64,000 bases of DNA from an uncultured Actinomycetota bacterium (lineage in GTDB: Bacteria > Actinomycetota > Actinomycetes > Streptosporangiales > Streptosporangiaceae): NCBI GenBank assembly GCA_963725175.1, contig CAVRXH010000006.1, positions 5,939,580-6,003,579 on the forward strand, written 5' to 3'. This document shows, piece by piece, positions 17,926-26,230 of the stretch; position 1 is the first letter of the stretch, and each line of letters opens with the position of its first letter. The position numbers and the translations under genes were made by a program. The notes under the pieces are model-generated. The model did not search any database. It saw only the letters and a program-made list of their open reading frames with translations, and was not told the DNA's origin.

Positions 17926-18921
17926 TCACGCCTCGGGCTTGTCAGCCTTCTGGCTGCCGCCCTTAGCCGTCCGGCTGGCCGCCTTCTTGGTCCCGGCCTG
18001 GCCAGCCGTGGTGTCCGTCTTCCCGGCCGTGCCCGTCTTCCCGGCCGTGCCCGTCTTCGCGGCGGCAGTGCCGCTCTTCCGGGCAGCGGTGGCGGACTTC
18101 GCGGCGATGGTGCCGGCTTTTCCGGCAGTGGTGCCGGTCTTCGCGGCGGTGGCGCTGGCCTTCGCGGAGCTCGTCGTCGGGCTCTTCTTCGGCGTGGTCT
18201 TCCGCGCCCGAGCCCGCGGCGTCGCGGTCTCGGTGGCGTCGCCCTGGCCGCCGTCCGTCCCGTCCGCGTCGCTCGCGGCGTTTCCGGCCGCAGCGGTGTC
18301 AGCGGCAGCGGTGTCAGCGGCAGCAGGGCTGGCGTGAGCATCGGCCGGGCCGGGCTTTGCCTGGCCGGTCGTCATGCTGCCGTGCGTGGCGCTCTCCTGC
18401 GCGGTGCCGGGGTCGTGCGCGACGGGCGTGCTGCTGGCTGTCCCCGAGCCGGGAAGCGCGGCGCGGACGGACTGGGCTGCCTGGACGGCCTGGCCAATCC
18501 GGTTCACGCCCTGGGCCAGCAGCGGCCCGGCGACCTGGGCGCCGCGCGCCAGGATCGGGCCAGCCGCCTCGGCGACCTGCCCAGCGATCCTGGTCCCGGC
18601 CGCGAACGCCTGCTCGGCGACGTCCTGTGCGCCGCTCAGCAGCTTCTCCCTGCTGGGCAGCTTCGGCATAGGCGGCGTCTGGATCTTGATGTCGGGCAGC
18701 TTCATCTCGGGCAGCTTGAGGTCCGGAAGCTGCGGCCGGAATGACTCGGCGGCGGCCGTCAGGCTCTTGACGACCTCGGCCACCGTCTCCTGGCCCTTGC
18801 GGAGCTGCTCGGGGGCGTTCTTCGCCTGCTGCTGTGCCTTGCGGGCCTGCTCCTGCGCCTTACGGGCGGCTCCGATGAGCTGATCTTGCAGCTCCTGCCC
18901 GACGGCCTTGGTGTCGATCAT
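17926..18921 (-). CDS. Hypothetical protein with a coiled-coil-like N-terminus and a Lys/Ala/Thr/Gly-rich basic histone-like C-terminal tail
   Basis: ATG at 18921 with a GGAGGA RBS. The tail …KTTPKKSPTTSSAKASATAAKTGTTAGKAGT…TAGKTGTAGKTGTAGK is encoded by degenerate tandem DNA repeats at 17990-18180. Confidence 0.55.
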   Translation of the reverse strand: MIDTKAVGQELQDQLIGAARKAQEQARKAQQQAKNAPEQLRKGQETVAEVVKSLTAAAESFRPQLPDLKLPEMKLPDIKIQTPPMPKLPSREKLLSGAQDVAEQAFAAGTRIAGQVAEAAGPILARGAQVAGPLLAQGVNRIGQAVQAAQSVRAALPGSGTASSTPVAHDPGTAQESATHGSMTTGQAKPGPADAHASPAAADTAAADTAAAGNAASDADGTDGGQGDATETATPRARARKTTPKKSPTTSSAKASATAAKTGTTAGKAGTIAAKSATAARKSGTAAAKTGTAGKTGTAGKTDTTAGQAGTKKAASRTAKGGSQKADKPEA

Positions 18922-19346
18922 CGCGTGTGTCCTCCTCGCGTCTGCTGCAAACTATATCAAGCAAATCGCGTGCTATGCCAAGCGCCCCAGCTAGCGACGC
19001 CGGGGCGAGGCAGTTCCGCCAGGTCGGCCACGCCGGCACCGCTGCCAGGTCGGCTGCACCCGCATCTCCCTAGGTCGCCCACGACGGCATCGCCGCCACC
19101 TCGGCCACGCCGGCATCGGCATCCCGGCAACAGTGGATGCGGGTTTGCTGCGGTCGCCACGGCAGCAAAACCCGGCTCGCTGCCGCTGGGTCCGGCGTGC
19201 CCCCATCTGCTTCGCGCCCGCTGGGGGCGGTGCTACGCCCGCGCCGGCTCGCTGCCGCTGGGCCGCCGTCGGCTGCCGGCCACGCCGTGCTTGCTGCCTG
19301 CTGAGGTCGGCCGCCCGGCGGGCGAAACCCGCCGGGAACTAGCAAC

Positions 19347-19400
19347 AGTGAACCCGCTTTTACTGTCGCTGAAACGACAGTAAAAGCGGGTTCACTGTCG
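19347..19400. other. Perfect 23-bp inverted repeat (hairpin) with a 6-nt loop
   Basis: CAGTGAACCCGCTTTTACTGTCG-ctgaaa-CGACAGTAAAAGCGGGTTCACTG. Confidence 0.8.
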
Positions 19401-19434
19401 TAGGCGTCCGCAGTTCAGCTGATAACAGCAAGAG

Positions 19435-19560
19435 GCAGGGCAGGGCAGGGCAGGGCAGGGCAGGGCAGGGCAGGGCAGGGCAGGGCAGGGCAGGGCAGGG
19501 CAGGGCAGGGCAGGGCAGGGCAGGGGCAGGGGCAGGGCAGGGGCAGGGGCAGGGGCGGGG
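19435..19560. repeat. Pentanucleotide microsatellite (GGGCA)n: about 18 perfect units followed by degenerate GGGGCA/GGGGCG units. G-quadruplex-forming on the plus strand
   Basis: A direct read shows cagggcagggcaggg… for about 90 nt, then caggggcaggggcagggcaggggcaggggcaggggcggggcgg. A GA-rich G-tract region continues to ~19740. Confidence 0.95.
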
Positions 19561-19716
19561 CGGTGACTGGGGGAATGAAGATTCGGTTTGCGAAGGATTT
19601 GGCGGGGTGGAGGGCGGAATTTTGGGGGCCGGGGAAAGGCGGGGAGGTGGAGAGACGAGGGGATAGCCAGGGGTGGCGCGTAATGCGCCGGAAGTCGCGC
19701 CGAGGGGGGCGCGGGG

Positions 19717-20001
19717 CTAGCCGTGCAGGGGGTGCGGGCTAGCGGGCTTGCTCGCGACCACGTAGGCGGCGAAGAGAATCGCTCCGGCAATCAGCGTGAC
19801 CCTGGTCCACCTGGGGGCGCCTTTCCAGCTGAAGCCGGCGACCAGCATGGCGGGGACGGTGAGGATCGGAACGACGACTAGGCCGATGATGGCCGCGACC
19901 ACGGCGAATGTTCCGGTGCGCTTGCTGTTCAGCGCACCTTTCGGAATGAGTGCCACGCACTGAGCGTAACTCCGGGTAAACAATTCGTACAGGAATGGCA
20001 A
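19717..20001 (-). CDS. Small hypothetical membrane protein (two TM segments)
   Basis: Hydrophobic stretches FAVVAAIIGLVVVPILTV and TLIAGAILFAAYVV. The start is uncertain; an internal GTG lies at ~19956. Confidence 0.35.
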   Translation of the reverse strand: MPFLYELFTRSYAQCVALIPKGALNSKRTGTFAVVAAIIGLVVVPILTVPAMLVAGFSWKGAPRWTRVTLIAGAILFAAYVVASKPASPHPLHG

Positions 20002-20241
20002 CTGCGAGAATGATCACAGCGACCCTGGAGAGGCCCAAAATCCGTGGTCAGCCGTCCGGACGCGGCGAAAACGCAGGGGAAACGGCGCTGACGTGGCCGC
20101 CGGGTGCTGACCGGAATGCCAGTGGTCTCGCGCCAGAACGTCTATTTGTGCCAATCAGAGAACATCGCGTATCAAGCTTCCCGCGAACCATTGTTCGCTA
20201 TCCGAATAGCAGCGTGCGACATGTGTTGCTAGCGTTGCGGC

Positions 20242-20745
20242 ATGACCACCGAGCGAGTGCTCCCGGCCCTGGAGGCGGGAGACCGGCAGCTGCTCACGGC
20301 CTTCCTGGATTTCCAGCGGGCCACGCTGGCCACCAAGTGCGCGGGACTGGCCGATGACCAGCTCCGCGAGATGGCGGTCCCGCCGTCCAGCCTGTCGCTG
20401 CTCGGCCTGGTCCGGCACATGGCCGAGGTAGAGAAGAACTGGTTCCGCCCGCTGCTTGAGGGCGACGGCATGGCCGGGATCTGGGCGCCGGGGCTCGACG
20501 TTGAGCCGGCCTTTGACGAGGTGGCGTCGGCCGACGTCGCGGCGGCGTTCACGGCCTGGGACGCCGAGTGCGAGCACGCGCGGGAGCTGGTGGCGGCCGC
20601 GCCTTCGCTGGACGCCACCGGCATGCGCGGCGGCGAGCGGTTCTCGCTGCGCTGGGTGATCGTGCACCTGATCGAGGAGTACGCACGGCACAACGGGCAC
20701 GCGGACCTGCTGCGCGAGCGAATCGACGGCTCGACCGGCCAGTAG
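20242..20745 (+). CDS. DinB/DUF664 family protein (mycothiol-dependent transferase-like four-helix bundle)
   Basis: C-terminal family motif WVIVHLIEEYARHNGHADLLRERIDG. Confidence 0.7.
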   Translation: MTTERVLPALEAGDRQLLTAFLDFQRATLATKCAGLADDQLREMAVPPSSLSLLGLVRHMAEVEKNWFRPLLEGDGMAGIWAPGLDVEPAFDEVASADVAAAFTAWDAECEHARELVAAAPSLDATGMRGGERFSLRWVIVHLIEEYARHNGHADLLRERIDGSTGQ

Positions 20746-20938
20746 CCGCGCCAGCCAACGCGCCCCGGCGGTGACGGACTCTTTGCCTGGCCCGGCGTTG
20801 ACATCGTGCGGACGCGGAGCCAGGCTCGAACCGCAAACGATTGTGGCATGAGGCGATAAGCCGGGATCTGTGCTGGCGCCCGTCGCGGTCACCCCCGCGC
20901 ACGTCGCCCGTGCATGACCCAGGCGAGGCGAGGTGGCC

Positions 20939-21889
20939 ATGTCCGAGCTGAGTTCCGGTGGCCGGGCCGGCTGGCTGGGAACCGGGCGCATGGGGTCCGC
21001 GCTGGCCCGTCGGCTGCTGGCCGGCGGCTGCGACGTGACGGTGTTCAACCGGACCGCGAAGCGGGCCAGCCCGCTGGTCCAGGCGGGTGCCAGGCTGGCG
21101 GAAAGCGCCGCCGAGCTGGCCGGCCTGGACATCGTGTTCGTCACCGTCGGCACTTCCGACGACCTGATCACCGCGCTGCTCGGGCCGGACGGGGTGCTGT
21201 CGGGCCAGGGCGCGCCGCCGGTGGTGGTGGACTGCTCGACGGTGTCGGCCGACGCCTCGCTGCTAGTTCGCGAGCGGCTGGCCGGGCACGGCGCTGCGCT
21301 GCTGGCCGCCCCGGTGATGGGCAACCCGCGGGCCGCCGCGGCGGGCCTGGCGACGCTCGCGGTGTCCGGCCCGCGCACCGCGTTCGAGCAGGCGCGGCCC
21401 TACCTGAGCCTGCTCGGTTCTGGCGCGACCTACGTGGGCGATGGCGAGCAGGCCAGGGTGGTGAAGCTGTGCCACAACCTGTTCCTCGGGGTGGTGTCTC
21501 AGTCGCTGGCCGAGATCGCGGTGCTGGCGGAGAAGAGCGGCGTCAGCCGGCAGGCGCTGATGGCCTGCCTGAACGCCAGCGTGCTCGGCTCGGCGTTCAC
21601 CAGGTACAAGACGCCGGCGCTGGTCAACCTGGACTTCGAGGCGACGTTTACCGGCACGCTGCTGCGCAAGGACTTCGACCTGGGCCTGGCCGCCGCCAGG
21701 GAGCGCGAGGTGCCGATGCCGGTGGCCGCGCTGGTGCACCAGCTCGTGCAGGGGCTGGTCGGGCACGGCTACGGCGACCTCGACTTCGCCGCGCTGCTCG
21801 CGATCCAGGCGGCCTCGGCAGGCCTGGATCTGGCCAGCGAGGACGCCCCGGTCTCCGACGGCCTCGACCCGCCAGGCCCGCCGCCCTAG
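20939..21889 (+). CDS. NAD(P)-dependent oxidoreductase, 3-hydroxyisobutyrate dehydrogenase (HIBADH) family
   Basis: Rossmann motif GWLGTGRMGSALARRLL. The HIBADH-family catalytic region follows. Confidence 0.8.
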   Translation: MSELSSGGRAGWLGTGRMGSALARRLLAGGCDVTVFNRTAKRASPLVQAGARLAESAAELAGLDIVFVTVGTSDDLITALLGPDGVLSGQGAPPVVVDCSTVSADASLLVRERLAGHGAALLAAPVMGNPRAAAAGLATLAVSGPRTAFEQARPYLSLLGSGATYVGDGEQARVVKLCHNLFLGVVSQSLAEIAVLAEKSGVSRQALMACLNASVLGSAFTRYKTPALVNLDFEATFTGTLLRKDFDLGLAAAREREVPMPVAALVHQLVQGLVGHGYGDLDFAALLAIQAASAGLDLASEDAPVSDGLDPPGPPP

Positions 21890-21915
21890 CCGCCCGCCCG
21901 CGCGAGACCAGAGCC

Positions 21916-23115
21916 TCAGACCCAGATTGACCCCAGCGCACGGTAGATGTTGCCGCCGAGAACCGCGCGGATCTGGTCGTCGTCGTAGCCGTGGCTGACC
22001 AGCCAGCCGCAGATGTTGGCGAAATTCTCCGTCGGGTTCTCCAGTCCGTCCACGTACTCGACCCGCTCGAAGGCCGGCCCGCTGGTCGCTCGGCCGAGGC
22101 CGAGCAGGTGGCCGAACACCCGGTGCAGCCCGACATGATCCCCGTAGAGGGTGTCCGGGCCGAACGCGACGTGCTCCAGGCCGACCAGCTCCGCGCAGTA
22201 CTCGAAGTGATCCATCACCGAGGAGATGGTGTGCCGGGGATGCGCGCCGGACAGCGTGGTGTGCGGGGCGGCGGACATGCCGATCACCCCGCCGGTTCCC
22301 GCCACCGCGCGGAGCACCGCGTCGGGCTTCATCCGGGGCGTGTCCCAGACCGCCCGCGCGCCCGCGTGGGTGAGGAACACCGGCGCGCTGGTGAGCTCGC
22401 AGGTGTCCAGCGCGGTCCGGTCCGAGGAATGGGACAGGTCGATGGCCAGGCCTAGCCGATTCATCCGGGTCACCGCGCGGCGGCCGAGCGCGGTCAGCCC
22501 GCCGTCGCGGGCCTCGTTCAGCCCGCTGCCGAGGGCGTTGGCGTCGGAGTAGGCGATGCCGATCTGCCGCAGCCCCAGCCCGTACAGGACGTCGAGCCGG
22601 TCGATCTCGTTCTCGATGGGCGTCGCCGCCTCCAGCCCGAACACCAGCCCGACCCGCCCCGCCGCGTGCGCGGCGTCGATGTCGGCCAGGCAGCGGATCA
22701 CCGTCACCGCGCGCTGGTGGGCCAGGTCGGCCTGGCGCATGCCCAGGTCGGTGATGATGTCGTCCCACCGCCACGGCGCGTTCCCTGTGACGCAGGCGGT
22801 GCCGTCCATCATGTTGTCGAACACCACAGTCATCCCGGAGGCGGCCAGGCCCGCGTAGGCGGCGTGCTGCCGCCCGGTGCGGTTGTAGGCGGGCGTCTCC
22901 TCCATCCGGGCGGGGAACCTGACCGGGTGATCGTGCAGGCTGATCACCAGGCTGCCGTCCAGTAGCCGCGCCGCCCGCTCGCGCTGCGCGGGCGTGAGCC
23001 GCGCCGCGTAAGGCGGCACCCGGCCGAACTCCGGTGCCAGCTCGAACGCGGGGGAGTCGGCACCCGCGCCCAGGTAGGAGTACGCCGTATACGGCCGGCC
23101 AGGGTCGTCAGTCAT
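21916..23115 (-). CDS. Membrane dipeptidase (peptidase M19, renal dipeptidase family)
   Basis: M19 motifs …VISLHDHP…, GLEAATPIENEIDRLDVLYGLGLRQIGIAYSDANA and IDLSHSSD. Confidence 0.85.
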   Translation of the reverse strand: MTDDPGRPYTAYSYLGAGADSPAFELAPEFGRVPPYAARLTPAQRERAARLLDGSLVISLHDHPVRFPARMEETPAYNRTGRQHAAYAGLAASGMTVVFDNMMDGTACVTGNAPWRWDDIITDLGMRQADLAHQRAVTVIRCLADIDAAHAAGRVGLVFGLEAATPIENEIDRLDVLYGLGLRQIGIAYSDANALGSGLNEARDGGLTALGRRAVTRMNRLGLAIDLSHSSDRTALDTCELTSAPVFLTHAGARAVWDTPRMKPDAVLRAVAGTGGVIGMSAAPHTTLSGAHPRHTISSVMDHFEYCAELVGLEHVAFGPDTLYGDHVGLHRVFGHLLGLGRATSGPAFERVEYVDGLENPTENFANICGWLVSHGYDDDQIRAVLGGNIYRALGSIWV

Positions 23116-24529
23116 CGCCAGGTCCTCTCTCGCGCCGAGCCGGCTCGCGCCCGTCCGGAGTCGGCCCAGGCAAGCGAGCCGCGGCGAGCCGGTGCGGTCC
23201 CGCCGCGAGCAGCCGCCAGAGCATTTCCCAGGCTCGCATGCCCTCGCGCAGCCTGGCGATGCGCAGGAACTCGCCCGGCGCGTGCAGCCGCTCGTCCGAG
23301 GTCGAGAACGAGAAGAACAGCGTCTTCACCCCGAGCACTCGCTCGAACAGGTCGGTGGCCGGCAGCGTGCCGGCGATGGCGGCGTGCAGCACCGGCTGGC
23401 CGGGGTAGACCGACTCCAGGGCCGCCGTGGCGGCGCGGATGGCCGGGTGCGCGGCCGGGATCGTGTACGCGGGGACCCGCGCCTGGTCCGGGCGGGTCAG
23501 CACCCGGACGCCGGGCAGGTCCAGCCCGTGCACGTGCGCCTCGATCGCCGCCAGGACGCGATCGGGGTGCTGGCCCGGCACCAGGCGGCAGGACAGGTGC
23601 GCGGTGGCGGCGCGCGGGATGACGGTGTACTTCCCGCCGCCGGAGATCCCGTTGACCTCCAGCGTCGGCCGTTCCCAGAGCCGCTCAAGCGTGGAGTACC
23701 CCGGCTCGCCGTGCGCCTCGCGGAGCCCGAGTCCGCCCAGGTACTCCGTTTCGCTGAAATCGACAGCCGCGATCTGGCGGCGGCGTCCGGCGGGCAGTTC
23801 GGGTACCCCGTCGTAGAACCCGGCTACGGCGACGCCGCCGTCGCGGTCATGCAGGCTCGCGACGATCGCGGCCAGGGCGTGCAGCGGGTTGGCGACCGTG
23901 CCGCCGTACCGGCCCGAGTGCAGGTCGGCAGCCGCGCCCTCGACGGTGATGTCCAGGCTCGCCAGTCCCTTGGAGGCCAGCGCCAGCGATGGCTCGCCCG
24001 GCCGCCACATGGCGCCGTCGGCCGAGATGACCAGGTCGGCGGCGAGCGCGGCGGCGTGCTGGCGGACGAACTCCGGCAGGTGCGGGCTGCCGATCTCCTC
24101 CTCGCCCTCGATGAGGAACTTCACGTTCAGCGGCAGCGCGCCCTCCTGGCCGAGGAACGCCTGCGCGGTCTTGAGCACCAGGTAGACCGGGCCCTTGTCG
24201 TCGGTGACGCCCCGGCCGACCGCGATATCGCCGCGCACCGTCAGCTCGAACGGCGGCGAGGGCCAGTCGGCCAGGTCGCCGGGCGGCTGCACGTCGTAGT
24301 GCCCGTAGACCAGCACGGTCGGCGCGCCCGGCGCGCCCAGCCACTCGCCGAGCACCACCGGGTGCCCGGCGGTGGGCAGCACCCGCCCGCCGGCGAAGCC
24401 GAGCTGCCCGGCTACCCAGTCCGCGGCGGCCCGCATCACGGCGGCACCGGCGTGCCTGCTGACGCTCGGCACGGCGACGTACTGAGCCAGCTCGCCGAGG
24501 TAGCGCGCGTCGTAGCCGAGGGTGAGCAT
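23108..24529 (-). CDS. M20 family metallopeptidase (dipeptidase/ArgE/DapE/CPG2-like)
   Basis: Motifs VYGHYDVQPP and GRGVTDDKGP, with LNVKFLIEGEEEIGSP between the catalytic and dimerisation regions. Confidence 0.85.
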   Translation of the reverse strand: MLTLGYDARYLGELAQYVAVPSVSRHAGAAVMRAAADWVAGQLGFAGGRVLPTAGHPVVLGEWLGAPGAPTVLVYGHYDVQPPGDLADWPSPPFELTVRGDIAVGRGVTDDKGPVYLVLKTAQAFLGQEGALPLNVKFLIEGEEEIGSPHLPEFVRQHAAALAADLVISADGAMWRPGEPSLALASKGLASLDITVEGAAADLHSGRYGGTVANPLHALAAIVASLHDRDGGVAVAGFYDGVPELPAGRRRQIAAVDFSETEYLGGLGLREAHGEPGYSTLERLWERPTLEVNGISGGGKYTVIPRAATAHLSCRLVPGQHPDRVLAAIEAHVHGLDLPGVRVLTRPDQARVPAYTIPAAHPAIRAATAALESVYPGQPVLHAAIAGTLPATDLFERVLGVKTLFFSFSTSDERLHAPGEFLRIARLREGMRAWEMLWRLLAAGPHRLAAARLPGPTPDGREPARRERGPGDD

Positions 24530-24538
24530 GGCCGCGCG

Positions 24539-25234
24539 CTAGCTGTGCCCGCCGTCGATGGCGATGACCTGGCCGGTCACCCACGACGACTGCGGCGCGG
24601 CGAAGAACAGCACCCCGTTGGCGATGTCGGCCGGGTCGCCAAGCCGCCGCATGGCGATGCCCGCGACCAGGTCGCGCTGGCCGCCCGGGCCGTAGCTCTG
24701 CCACTGCGCGATGGTGGTCGGGTTGGACAGGATGAAGCCGGGCGCGATGCAGTTGACCGTGATGCCGAACGGGCCGAGCTCGTGCGCGAGCTGGCGGGTC
24801 AGCCCGATCTGCGCCGCCTTAGCGCTCGCGTAGGCCTGGATGCCCGTCTTGCTGACGCCAAGCCCGGCGGCCGAGGAGATGGTGACGATCCGGCCCCAGC
24901 GGCGCTGCTTCATGCCAGGAACCACCGCCCTGGTGCACAGGAACGCGGTGGTCAGGTTGGCGTTCACCACCGCGGCCCAGTCCGCGTCCGGCACGTCCTC
25001 CAGCGGCCTGCCGACCTGCCCGGCGACCCCGCCCGCGTTGTTGACGAGGATGTCCACCGGGCCGGCCGCGGCGAAGAACGCGCGCACCTGACCGGGGTCC
25101 GACAGGTCGGCGGTGTCGGTGTCCACCGGGTGCACCGTCGCCCCGGCGTCCCGCAGGGCGGCGGCGATGGCCGCGCCGATGCCGTGCGCGGTGCCCGTCA
25201 CCACGGCGTTCTTCCCGGCCAGCCCGGTCGTCAT
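24539..25234 (-). CDS. SDR family oxidoreductase
   Basis: Cofactor-binding motif VTGTAHGIGAA, the NNAG motif and the catalytic YASAKAA (YxxxK). Confidence 0.85.
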   Translation of the reverse strand: MTTGLAGKNAVVTGTAHGIGAAIAAALRDAGATVHPVDTDTADLSDPGQVRAFFAAAGPVDILVNNAGGVAGQVGRPLEDVPDADWAAVVNANLTTAFLCTRAVVPGMKQRRWGRIVTISSAAGLGVSKTGIQAYASAKAAQIGLTRQLAHELGPFGITVNCIAPGFILSNPTTIAQWQSYGPGGQRDLVAGIAMRRLGDPADIANGVLFFAAPQSSWVTGQVIAIDGGHS

Positions 25235-25367
25235 CGGGAGCGATCACCTGCCTCGCGGTGCCGTCGCGAGGCAGCCGCGGCGGTCGTCCCGATGTTAACG
25301 CAAACGTGTTACTAGCGTATATAGGGCATTTACCCTGAACGGGGATGCTCGGCGCCAGCCGCCGTTC

Positions 25368-26222
25368 TCAGGCGCTGATCAGGATGATGCCGACCGCGAT
25401 GACGATCGCGGCGGCGACCCGCCTGGTACCGAAGCGCTCCCGGAAGAAAACCATCCCGATCAGCGCCGCGAACACCACGCTGACCTCGCGGATGGCGGCG
25501 ACCTCGGCCATCGGCGCGCGGGCCTGCGCCCACAGCACCACCCCGTAGGCCAGCGCGGCCAGCGCCCCGGCCAGCAGGCCGCGGCTCACCAGCCGGGCGT
25601 CGCGCCAGGCCGCGGCCGGCCGCCGGGCCAGCGCCGCGATCAGGAACGGCGGCCCCTGGAGCACGAACAGCAGCCCGGTGTAGGAGTAGGGATCATGCGC
25701 GGCCCGCACGCCGATGCCGTCCACCACCGTGTAGCTGGCGATGGTGACGCCGGTCAGCAGCGCGACCCCGATGGCCGGCAGCTCGGCCCGGCTCGGCCAG
25801 CCCGCCGACAGCGCGAGGCTCATCAGCCCGGCGGCCAGGATCGCCACCCCGGCCAGCGCCCCGGCGGCCAGGTGCTCGTGGGCGAACACGGCCGCGCCGA
25901 GCGCGACCAGCAGCGGTGAGGTGCCGCGGGCGATCGGGTACACCTGGTTGAACGAGCCCAGCCGGTAGGAGGCCATCAGCCCGGCCTCGTACGCGATGTG
26001 AATGGCCGCCGAGATGATCGCCAGCAGCACGGCCTTGCCAGGCGGCAGCCCGGCCAGCCCGAGCGCGACCGCGCCGCCCGCCGTCAGCGCGACGCCGATC
26101 AGCGCGAACGCCATCAGCCGGTCGCTGATGTCCTTGGCGATCGCGTTCCAGGTGGCGTGCAGCGCGCCCGCGCCGATCACGATGACCACGATCAGCCCGG
26201 TGAGCTGCGGCTGACCGCCCAT
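25368..26222 (-). CDS. EamA/DMT family transporter
   Basis: Ten predicted TM segments with two EamA-like repeats. Confidence 0.8.
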   Translation of the reverse strand: MGGQPQLTGLIVVIVIGAGALHATWNAIAKDISDRLMAFALIGVALTAGGAVALGLAGLPPGKAVLLAIISAAIHIAYEAGLMASYRLGSFNQVYPIARGTSPLLVALGAAVFAHEHLAAGALAGVAILAAGLMSLALSAGWPSRAELPAIGVALLTGVTIASYTVVDGIGVRAAHDPYSYTGLLFVLQGPPFLIAALARRPAAAWRDARLVSRGLLAGALAALAYGVVLWAQARAPMAEVAAIREVSVVFAALIGMVFFRERFGTRRVAAAIVIAVGIILISA

Positions 26223-26230
26223 GCCCGGGG

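Noticed and set aside
19392-19790. A minus-strand ORF translating the (GGGCA)n tract as PALPCPALPC… repeats. I also checked whether the tract could be a CRISPR array.
   Set aside because: There is no RBS or homology, and the repeat-encoded low-complexity sequence is not credible as coding. The 5-bp unit has no spacers, so it is a microsatellite and not a CRISPR array.
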